64,000 nt of DNA from Pyrinomonadaceae bacterium (lineage in GTDB: Bacteria; Acidobacteriota; Blastocatellia; Pyrinomonadales; Pyrinomonadaceae): the NCBI GenBank assembly GCA_035941655.1, contig DASZDU010000161.1, positions 2,478-66,477 on the forward strand. The letters are read 5' to 3'. Below the pieces are notes generated by a model. That model was not told the DNA's origin. It saw only the letters and a program-made list of their open reading frames with translations, and searched no databases. Made by a program: the position numbers and the translations under genes. Every line of letters begins with the position of its first letter. The stretch's first letter is position 1. Below are positions 56,601-64,000 of the stretch, piece after piece.

Positions 56601-57140
56601 GCGCTGACTATTGTTTTCGCCGGTGCCTACCCAAACCGTTAGCGGGTTTTTTGGATCGAGTGCGATGGCGCCGATCGAATAAGAGCCTTCCTTGTCGAAC
56701 ACCGGCGTCCAGGTCGTGCCGTTGTTTATGGTCTTCCAGACTCCACCTGAAGCTGCAATGACGAAATAACGCGCGGCATTGTTTGGATCGACCGCGAAAC
56801 CGACCACGCGACCTGAGGTGAACGCCGGGCCAATCGAGCGAAACTTCAAACCATTGAATGTCGCTGTCGACATCGGGTCGGCCGGTTTCTTTTCTTCTTC
56901 TGCCTTCTCCTCGTCCGATTTCGCTTCGTCTGTTTTTGCCGGTTCAGGTGATGCTTGCTGTTTGGCCGCCGCCTCGCGTCGTGCCTTCTGCACCTCCGCC
57001 TTTTCGGCAGCTCTTTCTTCCTGTGCCGATGCCGGCAACGGCTGCATAGTAAATAGCGCGATTATGAACAGTCCGAAAGACAGTCTGGCGACTGGCGACA
57101 GGACGGCAGCGAGAGGATGAGCGGGCACAAAGGGACGCAT
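53682..57140 (-). CDS. secreted BNR/Asp-box repeat protein (sortilin/VPS10-like, often annotated as glycosyl hydrolase)
   Basis: Signal peptide and an acidic/Lys-rich linker. At least ten S-x-D-x-G-x-T-W type boxes (SDDGGKTW, TTDAGKSW, STDAGATW, SSDRGGSW, SHDRGANW, SDDRGDSW, TEDGGKNW, ..). Confidence 0.88.
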   Translation of the reverse strand: MRPFVPAHPLAAVLSPVARLSFGLFIIALFTMQPLPASAQEERAAEKAEVQKARREAAAKQQASPEPAKTDEAKSDEEKAEEEKKPADPMSTATFNGLKFRSIGPAFTSGRVVGFAVDPNNAARYFVIAASGGVWKTINNGTTWTPVFDKEGSYSIGAIALDPKNPLTVWVGTGENNSQRSVSYGNGVYRSDDGGKTWKNVGLKTSEHIGRIVIDPKDSDTVYAAAQGPLWGPGGDRGLYKTTDAGKSWKKILSISENTGVTDVVVDPQNPETVYAASYQRRRHMWTLINGGPESALYKSTDAGATWNKLKNGLPTVELGRIGLAISPVDSNVIYATVEAADKKGGIFRSSDRGGSWERRNEFDVGAQYYARIVADPKNVDRVYVMNVFLMVSDDGGKTLRRLGEKSKHVDNHDIWIDPNNTDHYLVGCDGGVYESHDRGANWEFKRNLPITQLYDITTDNSSPFYFVYGGTQDNFSFGGPSRTRSASGITNPDWFVTVGGDGFRSQVDPEDPNIIYGESQNGGLARFDKRTGERMGIQPQVGRGEEPLRWNWDSPFIISPHSHTRLYFAADKLFRSDDRGDSWQVISGQLSRGLDRDKLPVMGKIWSMDAVAKNVSTAFFGNASALAESPKQDGLIYVGTDDGLIQVTEDGGKNWRKIQTFPSVADMSYVSRIIASNHESNTVYAAFENHQNADFKPYLLKSTNAGRTWVSIAGNLPKNQPVWAIAEDHVNPNLLFVGTEFGLFFSIDGGGKWIQLKGGLPTIQVRDLNIQKRENDLIAGTFGRGIYILDNYTTLRLLRPEMLKQDSQLFPVKNALMYIQSQPLGLRGKSFQGESYYAAENPPFGVTFTYYLKEELKTKKAKRQEAEKEAAKKNALVTLPRLSDLSAEEEEEAPAVIFTITDSSGRIVRRLTGPVTAGMQRVSWDLRYPPTSLPPPQNPENENPFDEGPGGPLVMPGAYRVSAARRVDGVFTPLGSPQDFEIVVEGQSSMSGPVRVALVEFQQKVARLQRAVQGALEAANALKPRLVLIRRALLDTPAVGDKLLDDAASLDKRTNDILRALRGDSALRARNINLPPSISERVGDIVGSQRLSTARPTQTQINQYNAAAQEFELTLAQLRQLIEGDLARLEKQMEAAGAPWTPGRIPEWKDQ

Positions 57141-57347
57141 AAACGGATAATCTCCTGAAAGTTTTTGGACTTGCTCTGACGTTCGTAGTCAGAAGAAGAA
57201 ACTGGCAATTCGGAAACGTCTGGAAAACAGCGCCATCTTATCAGACGACTGCGTACGCGCAAGACTCGGCATCGCTTAACGAGGCGAGTCTTTCTTGGCG
57301 GCGTGTCTCATTCGTGTGATCATACCAACGTGACCTTAAGCGAGCTG

Positions 57348-57531
57348 TTAAATATTTGGAGTGCGCTGACCTGTCAGCGCTTTGGTTCGCCGGCGGCCTG
57401 ACGCCGGCCTCGGGCATTGAATTCAGTATACAAAGGTTGCGACAGGTCGCAACCGACTAAAAGCGCTGACAGGCGGGGTCCCCGGCGCGGCAGCCGCGCT
57501 GGGGTGCTCACGTCAGCGCACTCCAAATTAA
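57348..57531. repeat. composite nested palindromic element in the divergent promoter region
   Basis: Outer arms atttggagtgcgctgac / gtcagcgcactccaaat. Inner hairpins gcgctgac-ct-gtcagcgc (57363..57380) and ggttgcgac-ag-gtcgcaacc (57435..57454). Confidence 0.8.
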
Positions 57532-57547
57532 TCTTTAATTTCAACGC

Positions 57548-58864
57548 ATGACTTCTCCAAAAGTTGACTCAAATCGATCAGACGAACTCTTCGTACGTGC
57601 CCTGGCGTTAATGCCTGGTGGTGTCAACTCACCGGTGCGCGCATTTCGCGGCGTCGGCGGCACGCCGCTATTCATCCGCAGTGCCGTCGGTCCAACCGTC
57701 ACTGATGTCGAAGGCCGCGTCTACATTGATTACGTCGGCTCCTGGGGCCCGATGATTTTGGGACACGCCGACGCGGAGATTGTCAACGCGCTTGCGGCCG
57801 TCGCCGCAAATGGCACCAGCTTCGGCGCACCGAACGAGCTGGAGATCGAGCTCGCGGAAGAAATCGTCGCCGCGGTTCCTTCAATCGAGATGGTGCGTAT
57901 GGTTAATAGCGGCACGGAATCGGCCATGTCGGCCATCCGCCTGGCGCGCGGAGCGACTGGTCGCGATAAGCTGGTGAAGTTTGAAGGTTGTTACCACGGT
58001 CACGCTGATAGTTTGTTAGTGAAGGCCGGTTCGGGAGTGGCAACCCTTGGCTTGCCTGACAGCCCAGGCGTTCCGGCGACCCTCGCGCAACACACGCTTA
58101 CTGTTCCCTTCAACGACCCGGCCGCGCTTGAGGATGTTTTCAAACAACACCCGGACATCGCGGCCGTGATCATTGAACCCGTAGTCGGCAACATGGGTTG
58201 TGTTCCGCCACAACCAGGATTTTTGAAATTCGTTCGCGACGTAACTTTCAAACACGGCGCTCTGTTGATTTTCGATGAAGTGATGACCGGATTTCGCGTG
58301 GCGCGCGGTGGTGCGCAGGAACTTTATGGCATTACACCTGATATAACCTGTCTCGGTAAAATCATTGGCGGCGGCTTGCCCGTGGGGGCCTATGGCGGCA
58401 GCCGAGATCTGATGCGTCACATCGCGCCCGCCGGATCGATTTATCAAGCCGGCACACTCTCGGGAAACCCGCTGGCTATGACTGCAGGACTACTCACTTT
58501 GCGCCGTCTCCACGACCCCAGGGTTTACGAAACTCTTGAGCAACGCTCGGCGAAACTATGTGAAGGATTGTCGCAGGCAGCAATCGAGGCGGGACTCAAA
58601 ACGGTTACTAACCGCGTAGGTTCAATGTGGACAAGTTTCTTTACCGAAGAGCAGGTTACAAACTGGGTCACAGCTAATAAAAGCAACCGCGAAGTTTATG
58701 GCCGGTTCTTTCACGCCATGCTCAATGAAGGCGTTTATCTCGCGCCGTCGCAGTTCGAAGCCGGCTTCGTCAGCATCGCGCACACGGAATTGATAATCGA
58801 TCAAACAATCCTTGCTGCGCAAAAAGCCTTCCAAGCAACTAAGTATAGACCCCTAAGTGAATAA
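57548..58864 (+). CDS. hemL: glutamate-1-semialdehyde 2,1-aminomutase
   Basis: Motifs [34 protein letters not shown] and [13 protein letters not shown]. Confidence 0.97.
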   Translation: MTSPKVDSNRSDELFVRALALMPGGVNSPVRAFRGVGGTPLFIRSAVGPTVTDVEGRVYIDYVGSWGPMILGHADAEIVNALAAVAANGTSFGAPNELEIELAEEIVAAVPSIEMVRMVNSGTESAMSAIRLARGATGRDKLVKFEGCYHGHADSLLVKAGSGVATLGLPDSPGVPATLAQHTLTVPFNDPAALEDVFKQHPDIAAVIIEPVVGNMGCVPPQPGFLKFVRDVTFKHGALLIFDEVMTGFRVARGGAQELYGITPDITCLGKIIGGGLPVGAYGGSRDLMRHIAPAGSIYQAGTLSGNPLAMTAGLLTLRRLHDPRVYETLEQRSAKLCEGLSQAAIEAGLKTVTNRVGSMWTSFFTEEQVTNWVTANKSNREVYGRFFHAMLNEGVYLAPSQFEAGFVSIAHTELIIDQTILAAQKAFQATKYRPLSE

Positions 58865-58927
58865 TCTGAGTTGCAGGAAAGCCGTTAAAGCATCGAGCCA
58901 ATAAGCTAGTTGATAGTCTCTGGGTTG

Positions 58928-59004
58928 GGAAGGGCGGCTTGCCCCCGCTCACTCGCAGGAGATCGGCTTGGTACGTTAGAAAAGCGGGGGCAAGCCCGCC
59001 TTCC
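58928..59004. repeat. 22-bp-arm hairpin between convergent hemL and the histidine kinase gene (probable bidirectional terminator)
   Basis: ggaagggcggcttgcccccgct (58928..58949) versus agcgggggcaagcccgccttcc (58983..59004). Confidence 0.8.
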
Positions 59005-59037
59005 TGACTGAGCGCTCCGCAAGTTGTCGCTTATACC

Positions 59038-60921
59038 TTAGAGCGGCAGGTCGATCACAAAGCGCGTTCCCTTCCCTGGTTCGCTTTCAACGTTGATCGT
59101 GCCCTCATGCTGTTCGACTATCTGCTTAACAATTGCGAGCCCTAAACCTGTGCCACGCTTCTTAGTCGAAAAAAATGGCTCGAAGATCCGATCGATTGTG
59201 GCCTTATCCATTCCACTTCCCTGATCCGCAATCGTTACTCGGGCTGCTGCTCTCGAAACGCCATCCCGATCATGATCAGTTTTCGCCACACTGATTAGCT
59301 GCGTTGAGATTGTCACGGGGGTTGCTTTCGGACTGGCGTCGATGGCGTTTGCGATCACGTTCACGAAGACCTGACTCAACTGATCGAAATCCCAGTGACC
59401 GATCGCCCGCTCATCCGTAAATTTCTTTTCGATAGGAGTTCCTTTTTCATTTACCTTATCCGCCACCAGGTCGAGGCTGTGATCCACCAGCTCGTTAAGA
59501 TCAACCTTAGCCTGCTCGAGTGTTTTTCGCCGTGAAAATTGAGCCACGTCTACTACCAGTTTGCTTAAGTGTTTAATACCCCGCTCAACCAGCTCGATCG
59601 TATTCAACCCTTCAGCGTCGCTCACACTGTCGCGCAACATCGACACACCCAGCCGTATGCTGCCAAGTGGATTTCTGATCTCATGCGCAACCTGGGCCGT
59701 CGCCTGGCCCACCGCCGCCAGCGACTCTTGCCGTCGCAAACCACGCTCTGCTTCCGCGGCCTCCGTTACGTCCACCATTGTCAGGATTTGCCCATGGGCA
59801 TCATCAATCGCCAGCGGAGAGGAATAAACGTCGAAGGTTTGCTGGTGTCCGCCGTCCCCATTGGCAGGACAAACCCAGCGTCCACGATATGAAGCTATGT
59901 CTACACGAGAAGCCGTCGCCGCTTCGAGCATCTTCATGGCATCGTCACTCGCAAATTTTTCATAAACGGAAGCACCAATCGTCGCCTTTGGAAAAATCCG
60001 GAAGAAGGCGGCGTTGGCACTGCGAATGCGATCGTGATCATCGATCGCCGCAACCGCGCTCACCATTCCTTCGAGCAATTGACTGGTGAACATACGTTCA
60101 CGCCGGGCCTCTTCTACACTGCGGCGCATCTCGCTGAAGCGACGCTGTATTTCCCAGATCGTTCCGGCCGCCACGAGCGCACCGAAAATAAGCGCTATCA
60201 AACTCCAGTCACGAACGGCGCGCGCGGCTTCCTGCTGAATAGCTGCACTATCTTGAAAAATTTTGATCTGCTGCTGGTCAGCTTGCGTTTGCAGGGTCTT
60301 TAGCTCTGCATCGACGACGTTGAACTTTTTAAATCCTTCTAATGAATAACGACGGAGATCTTCAGTTGCTTCAAGATACGCCGCGAGATCGCTGCGAAAG
60401 TTGTTCCACGACGGATCCGACGTGTGTTGCAGCTCGCCCAGGAGTGTGTTGAGGTCACCGCGTGCTCTGCTTAAGCGAAATTCGAATGGCGGTCGCAATT
60501 CCCGGCGAGAGTCTGACTCAGCGCGCGCGCGCGCTTCATTATCGAGCTGAGTGATAGCCAGCCGCAGCTTGAGCAGCACACTTAACTTGGCCGCGTGTTC
60601 CTGTTCCAGGTTCAGCACCTTGCTGCCGACGTCGTTCATACGATTCATACTTAACCATCCGACTACGACAATTAGTATGAGCAAGAGCACGAAGCCCACA
60701 ATCAGCGGGATGATTGCCGGCGAAATTTCACTCCTCCATATGCTTTTACCAAAAGACGTTGGCGCCAGGGGGCGGGGAGTTGGCTCAGTTGAATCGGTTC
60801 GGCGATAGATGGTTACGGCCGGAGGGCTTTCCTCAATGGCCGTCGGAGATGCAGGCTCTGCAGCAACGCGCGCGGCGTCGCTTTGGTGCGACTGATCGGA
60901 ATCTTGTCTGTCGTCATCCAT
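59038..60921 (-). CDS. sensor histidine kinase (membrane, PAS-like, HisKA, HATPase_c)
   Basis: H-box AHEIRNPL, N-box NVIANAIDA, G-boxes DQGSGM and GTGLGLAIV. There is no response-regulator gene next to it. Confidence 0.9.
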   Translation of the reverse strand: MDDDRQDSDQSHQSDAARVAAEPASPTAIEESPPAVTIYRRTDSTEPTPRPLAPTSFGKSIWRSEISPAIIPLIVGFVLLLILIVVVGWLSMNRMNDVGSKVLNLEQEHAAKLSVLLKLRLAITQLDNEARARAESDSRRELRPPFEFRLSRARGDLNTLLGELQHTSDPSWNNFRSDLAAYLEATEDLRRYSLEGFKKFNVVDAELKTLQTQADQQQIKIFQDSAAIQQEAARAVRDWSLIALIFGALVAAGTIWEIQRRFSEMRRSVEEARRERMFTSQLLEGMVSAVAAIDDHDRIRSANAAFFRIFPKATIGASVYEKFASDDAMKMLEAATASRVDIASYRGRWVCPANGDGGHQQTFDVYSSPLAIDDAHGQILTMVDVTEAAEAERGLRRQESLAAVGQATAQVAHEIRNPLGSIRLGVSMLRDSVSDAEGLNTIELVERGIKHLSKLVVDVAQFSRRKTLEQAKVDLNELVDHSLDLVADKVNEKGTPIEKKFTDERAIGHWDFDQLSQVFVNVIANAIDASPKATPVTISTQLISVAKTDHDRDGVSRAAARVTIADQGSGMDKATIDRIFEPFFSTKKRGTGLGLAIVKQIVEQHEGTINVESEPGKGTRFVIDLPL

Positions 60922-60937
60922 CGTTTTGGCGTGAAGC

Positions 60938-61040
60938 TCTTCTCTCTGTGCGACCTCTGAGCCCTCTGTGTCTCTGTGGTCAGCCTCAGAACTTTAAACA
61001 CCACAGAGACACAGAGAACACAAAGGTTGCACGGAGAAAA
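60938..61040. repeat. 'ctctgtg' family element, copy 5 (most symmetric copy)
   Basis: ttctctctgtgcgacctctgagccctctgtgtctctgtgg ... ccacagagacacagagaacacaaaggttgcacggagaaaa. Confidence 0.88.
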
Positions 61041-61087
61041 CGAATTTGAGACACCGCGCTTTGAGAATACAACAAATGTCGATTTAA

Positions 61088-63856
61088 TTAAGGTTTCGCG
61101 TCCATCCAATTGTCCGCAATACCCACATCGACAATCAACGGCACATCCAAACTAACGGCGGTTTCCATTTCGGCCTTCAAGACTTTGGCCACCTTTTCTG
61201 CGTTCGCAGCTCCGGTTTCGACCAACAGCTCATCATGAACCTGCATCAATAATTGTGCTTCAATACCCTGACGTTTGAATTCCTCATCAACCTTCAGCAT
61301 CGCGATCTTTACGATGTCGCTGGCAGTCCCCTGGATCGGCATGTTAATAGCTTCGCGCTCGGCCGCTTTGCGAATGTTCGCGTTGCGATCCGTAATGCCT
61401 GGCAACGGCCGGATACGGCCATAAATCGAACGAACGTAGCCATGCTCGCGCGCTCTGAGCGGCACTTCTTCCATGTAACGGCGCACGCCCTTGTAAGTAT
61501 TGTAATAGTCTTCGATTACTTTCTTCGCTTCTGCCCGCGATATGCCGACACGCTGCGACAAACCCCACGGTTCGATCGCATAGGCAATGGCGAAGTTTAC
61601 TATCTTTGCAAATCGCCGCGCTTCCTTTAGCTCTTCGTCCGTCCTGGCACCGAAAACCAGTCGCGCCGTGCGCGCGTGAATGTCTTCACCGTTTTGAAAC
61701 GCTTCGAGCATAACCGGATCCTGTGTGATGTGGGCCAGCAGGCGCAGTTCGAGTTGAGAATAATCTGCTGAGATAATCTTGTTTCCTTTTTCCGCCACGA
61801 ACGATCGCCTGATGCGGCGGCCGAGTTCCGTGCGAATGGGAATGTTTTGCAGGTTGGGATCGCTCGACGAAAGACGGCCGGTAGCGGCGACCGTCTGATT
61901 CAATAGACAGTGAATCCTGCCGTCGGCTGCTATTTGATGTGGCAGCGCATCGGTGTAAACGCTTTTGAGTTTATCGAGCTCGCGATAATCAATAATCAAT
62001 CGCGGCAACTCAAACGTTTGCGCCAGTTCTTCCAACACTGCCTTGCTGGTAGAAATCCTGCCGGTCGAAGTTTTTCTGCCCGAGGTCATCTCCAGATCGG
62101 AGAGCACTTCTCCGACTTGCTTGGGAGAGCCAATGTTGAATTCCCTGCCGGCGAGTTCATAAATCTTCACCGTCAGTTTTTTTAGCTCCAACCCAAGATA
62201 ATTCGACAGGTCAGACAAAACTGCGCGATCGACTTTCAAGCCGATGCGCTCCATGCGATAGAGCAGCGGCGCCAGCGGCAACTCCATTTCGGTATAGATG
62301 GTTTCCAACTTTTTCTCGAGAATGCGTTGATGCAGGACTTTGGCCGTGCGCGCTGTAAGATCAGCCGCCGCCGCAGTCTCCCACTGCATGTCTGACCAGG
62401 CACTCACCGGTTTCTCAAGACGCTCGACGCCAATGGCTTCGCGAGCAAGGTCGTGCAACTCATACTTGCTGCGGTTTGGATCAATCAGGTAGGCGGCCAG
62501 CAGAGTATCGTCTTTGACCCCTTCGAGCGTGATATTGAGCCGGTCAAGTAAACCGACCGCGCGTTTTAAATCGTGAACAGACTTTTCCAGTAAGCCGTTT
62601 GACAGAACTTCGCGCAACGAAGCCACAGCGGCTTCGCGTCCCTCAGCAAACCTGTTCAGGTCTACAAATGCGGCGCTGCCTTCCGCAGTTGAGAACGCGA
62701 TTCCTTCCGCAAGTTCGTAATCAATCTCGCACTGCTGCTCTAGTTGCGGCTCCTCAGAGTCTTCGCCTTTCTCGGTTTGACGGATCGTCGAGTCACCGAT
62801 TGCGACACCGACACTTTCGGCGTCCCATAAAGTGCGGACGAAGTTATCCAGAACTGCTTGCGAATCAATAATTCGATAATCGAGTTTGTCAGCAGAGCGG
62901 GTGGACCCAGCAGATGCGGCGTCTGCGAACTCCCGGGTCAGTGCGGAAAATTCCAGTTCCTTAAACAGTTCGTAAGCCGCGGCGCGATCAGGTGGCCGGG
63001 CCTTCACCTCATCCAGATCCAAATCCACGTCCAGGTCGAGCCGGATGCGCGCGAGTTCTCGCGATTGGCGAATGAGATCCGCATTGTTGTGGAGCGATTC
63101 GCGATACGTTTTGTGCTTAACTTCCTCCCAACGCTTCAACGCCTCTTCGATAGATCCGAATTGGGTAATCACCTGGACGGCGCCTTTGGCCCCGATTCCC
63201 GGCGCGCCCGGTATGTTGTCGATCGAGTCGCCCATCAAACCGAGCAAATCCACTACCTTGCTTGCCGGTACACCAAACTTCTTTTCGACCCAGGCTTCAT
63301 CGCACCATTCAATCGGCGGCACATACTCCTTCCGCTTAACCACCTGAGAATTTGTGCGCATGCAAACAATAAACGGATCGCGCACCAGCTGGCACATGTC
63401 TTTGTCGTTCGAGACGATCACGGCCTGCAAACCTTTTTCCGCGATCTTCATGGCCAGCGTGCCGATTACATCGTCAGCTTCAAAACCCGGCGAATTGATA
63501 ACCGGAATATTCAAGGCCTCGCACAGTCGAATGATGTAAGGAAGTTGTGACGCCAGATCCTCCGGCATAGCGAGGCGGTTGGCTTTGTAATCGGCGAAAG
63601 TTTCGTGACGAAAAGTTCTTTCTTTCGACTCGAATATCGCCGCGATGTAATTCGGTTTCTCGTCCTGAAGCAGCTTGCGCAGCATGTTGGTAAAAATGTA
63701 AATGGCTTGCGTAACCTGCCCGGTCGAGGTTGCGAGCGGCGCGACGCGATTCGCCATCGGCGCAAAGAATGCGCGAAAGATGTGCGACATTGAATCGATC
63801 AGAAAAACCCGTTCGGATGGCTGATTGTTATCAGCGGAAGCTTGCTTTGCCGGCAT
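61088..63856 (-). CDS. polA: DNA polymerase I
   Basis: 5'-3' exonuclease N-terminus (LIDSMSHIFRAFFA). Pol A motifs DYSQLELRLLAH, RRFAKIVNFAIAY and QVHDELL. Confidence 0.97.
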   Translation of the reverse strand: MPAKQASADNNQPSERVFLIDSMSHIFRAFFAPMANRVAPLATSTGQVTQAIYIFTNMLRKLLQDEKPNYIAAIFESKERTFRHETFADYKANRLAMPEDLASQLPYIIRLCEALNIPVINSPGFEADDVIGTLAMKIAEKGLQAVIVSNDKDMCQLVRDPFIVCMRTNSQVVKRKEYVPPIEWCDEAWVEKKFGVPASKVVDLLGLMGDSIDNIPGAPGIGAKGAVQVITQFGSIEEALKRWEEVKHKTYRESLHNNADLIRQSRELARIRLDLDVDLDLDEVKARPPDRAAAYELFKELEFSALTREFADAASAGSTRSADKLDYRIIDSQAVLDNFVRTLWDAESVGVAIGDSTIRQTEKGEDSEEPQLEQQCEIDYELAEGIAFSTAEGSAAFVDLNRFAEGREAAVASLREVLSNGLLEKSVHDLKRAVGLLDRLNITLEGVKDDTLLAAYLIDPNRSKYELHDLAREAIGVERLEKPVSAWSDMQWETAAAADLTARTAKVLHQRILEKKLETIYTEMELPLAPLLYRMERIGLKVDRAVLSDLSNYLGLELKKLTVKIYELAGREFNIGSPKQVGEVLSDLEMTSGRKTSTGRISTSKAVLEELAQTFELPRLIIDYRELDKLKSVYTDALPHQIAADGRIHCLLNQTVAATGRLSSSDPNLQNIPIRTELGRRIRRSFVAEKGNKIISADYSQLELRLLAHITQDPVMLEAFQNGEDIHARTARLVFGARTDEELKEARRFAKIVNFAIAYAIEPWGLSQRVGISRAEAKKVIEDYYNTYKGVRRYMEEVPLRAREHGYVRSIYGRIRPLPGITDRNANIRKAAEREAINMPIQGTASDIVKIAMLKVDEEFKRQGIEAQLLMQVHDELLVETGAANAEKVAKVLKAEMETAVSLDVPLIVDVGIADNWMDAKP

Positions 63857-63915
63857 GTGTTTCGATCATAGAGAGGCGTTTTGGGAGTGTCAATCAGCGG
63901 TTTGTTACAGGCATC

Positions 63916-63990
63916 GACAGGATTAACAGGATTCCCAAGATTAAGTTTGCAGCACCCGCAAAGCTTCTGTTAATCCTGTAAATCCTGTCC
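63916..63990. repeat. inverted repeat of the 'gacaggatt-acaggatt' type upstream of polA
   Basis: gacaggattaacaggatt (63916..63933) versus ctgttaatcctgtaaatcctgtcc (63967..63990). Confidence 0.75.
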
Positions 63991-64000
63991 AAAATGACCT

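Noticed and set aside
62858-63550. 230-aa plus-strand ORF inside polA
   Set aside because: It is antisense to an unambiguous DNA polymerase I gene.

Overview
This is a 64-kb chromosomal window with mixed housekeeping and accessory content. It is probably from an Acidobacteriota-like soil bacterium. That is inferred only from gene types: a CarboxypepD_reg TonB receptor, a Ser/Thr kinase fused to a TolB-like propeller, a sortilin/BNR protein, and many GC-rich palindromic intergenic elements.

Clear housekeeping genes are ppk1, tRNA-Val(CAC), a ThiF/MoeB-type enzyme, an aroD-aroE fusion, rlmB, infA, a DEAD-box helicase, an RRM protein, hemL and polA.

Three regions merit follow-up:
1. **Glycosyltransferase cluster (13.2-17.5 kb).** It combines motifs of four families best known from animals: GT25, a GT7-like beta4GalT domain, a GT29 sialyltransferase-like gene with all four sialylmotifs, and a GT32 Gb3-synthase-like gene. 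GT4 genes lie among them.
2. **Copper-handling operon on the minus strand (31.5-20.3 kb).** The gene order is YVTN propeller, SCO, a cytochrome c fused to a periplasmic binding protein, HMBD-SCO, and then a roughly 1,980-aa multicopper oxidase of the MnxG/MofA type.
3. **Two orphan genes between these regions.** One is an 84-aa Gly/Lys-rich ORF with a collagen-like (G-X-K)n tract. The other is a low-GC 702-aa protein of no family I recognise.

Intergenic gaps carry at least seven distinct hairpin and repeat families, including five copies of one element of about 100 bp. I found no CRISPR array, IS element, integrase or prophage genes.

All calls rest on reading the sequence and ORF translations by eye. 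No database search was run, so family assignments are motif-based.
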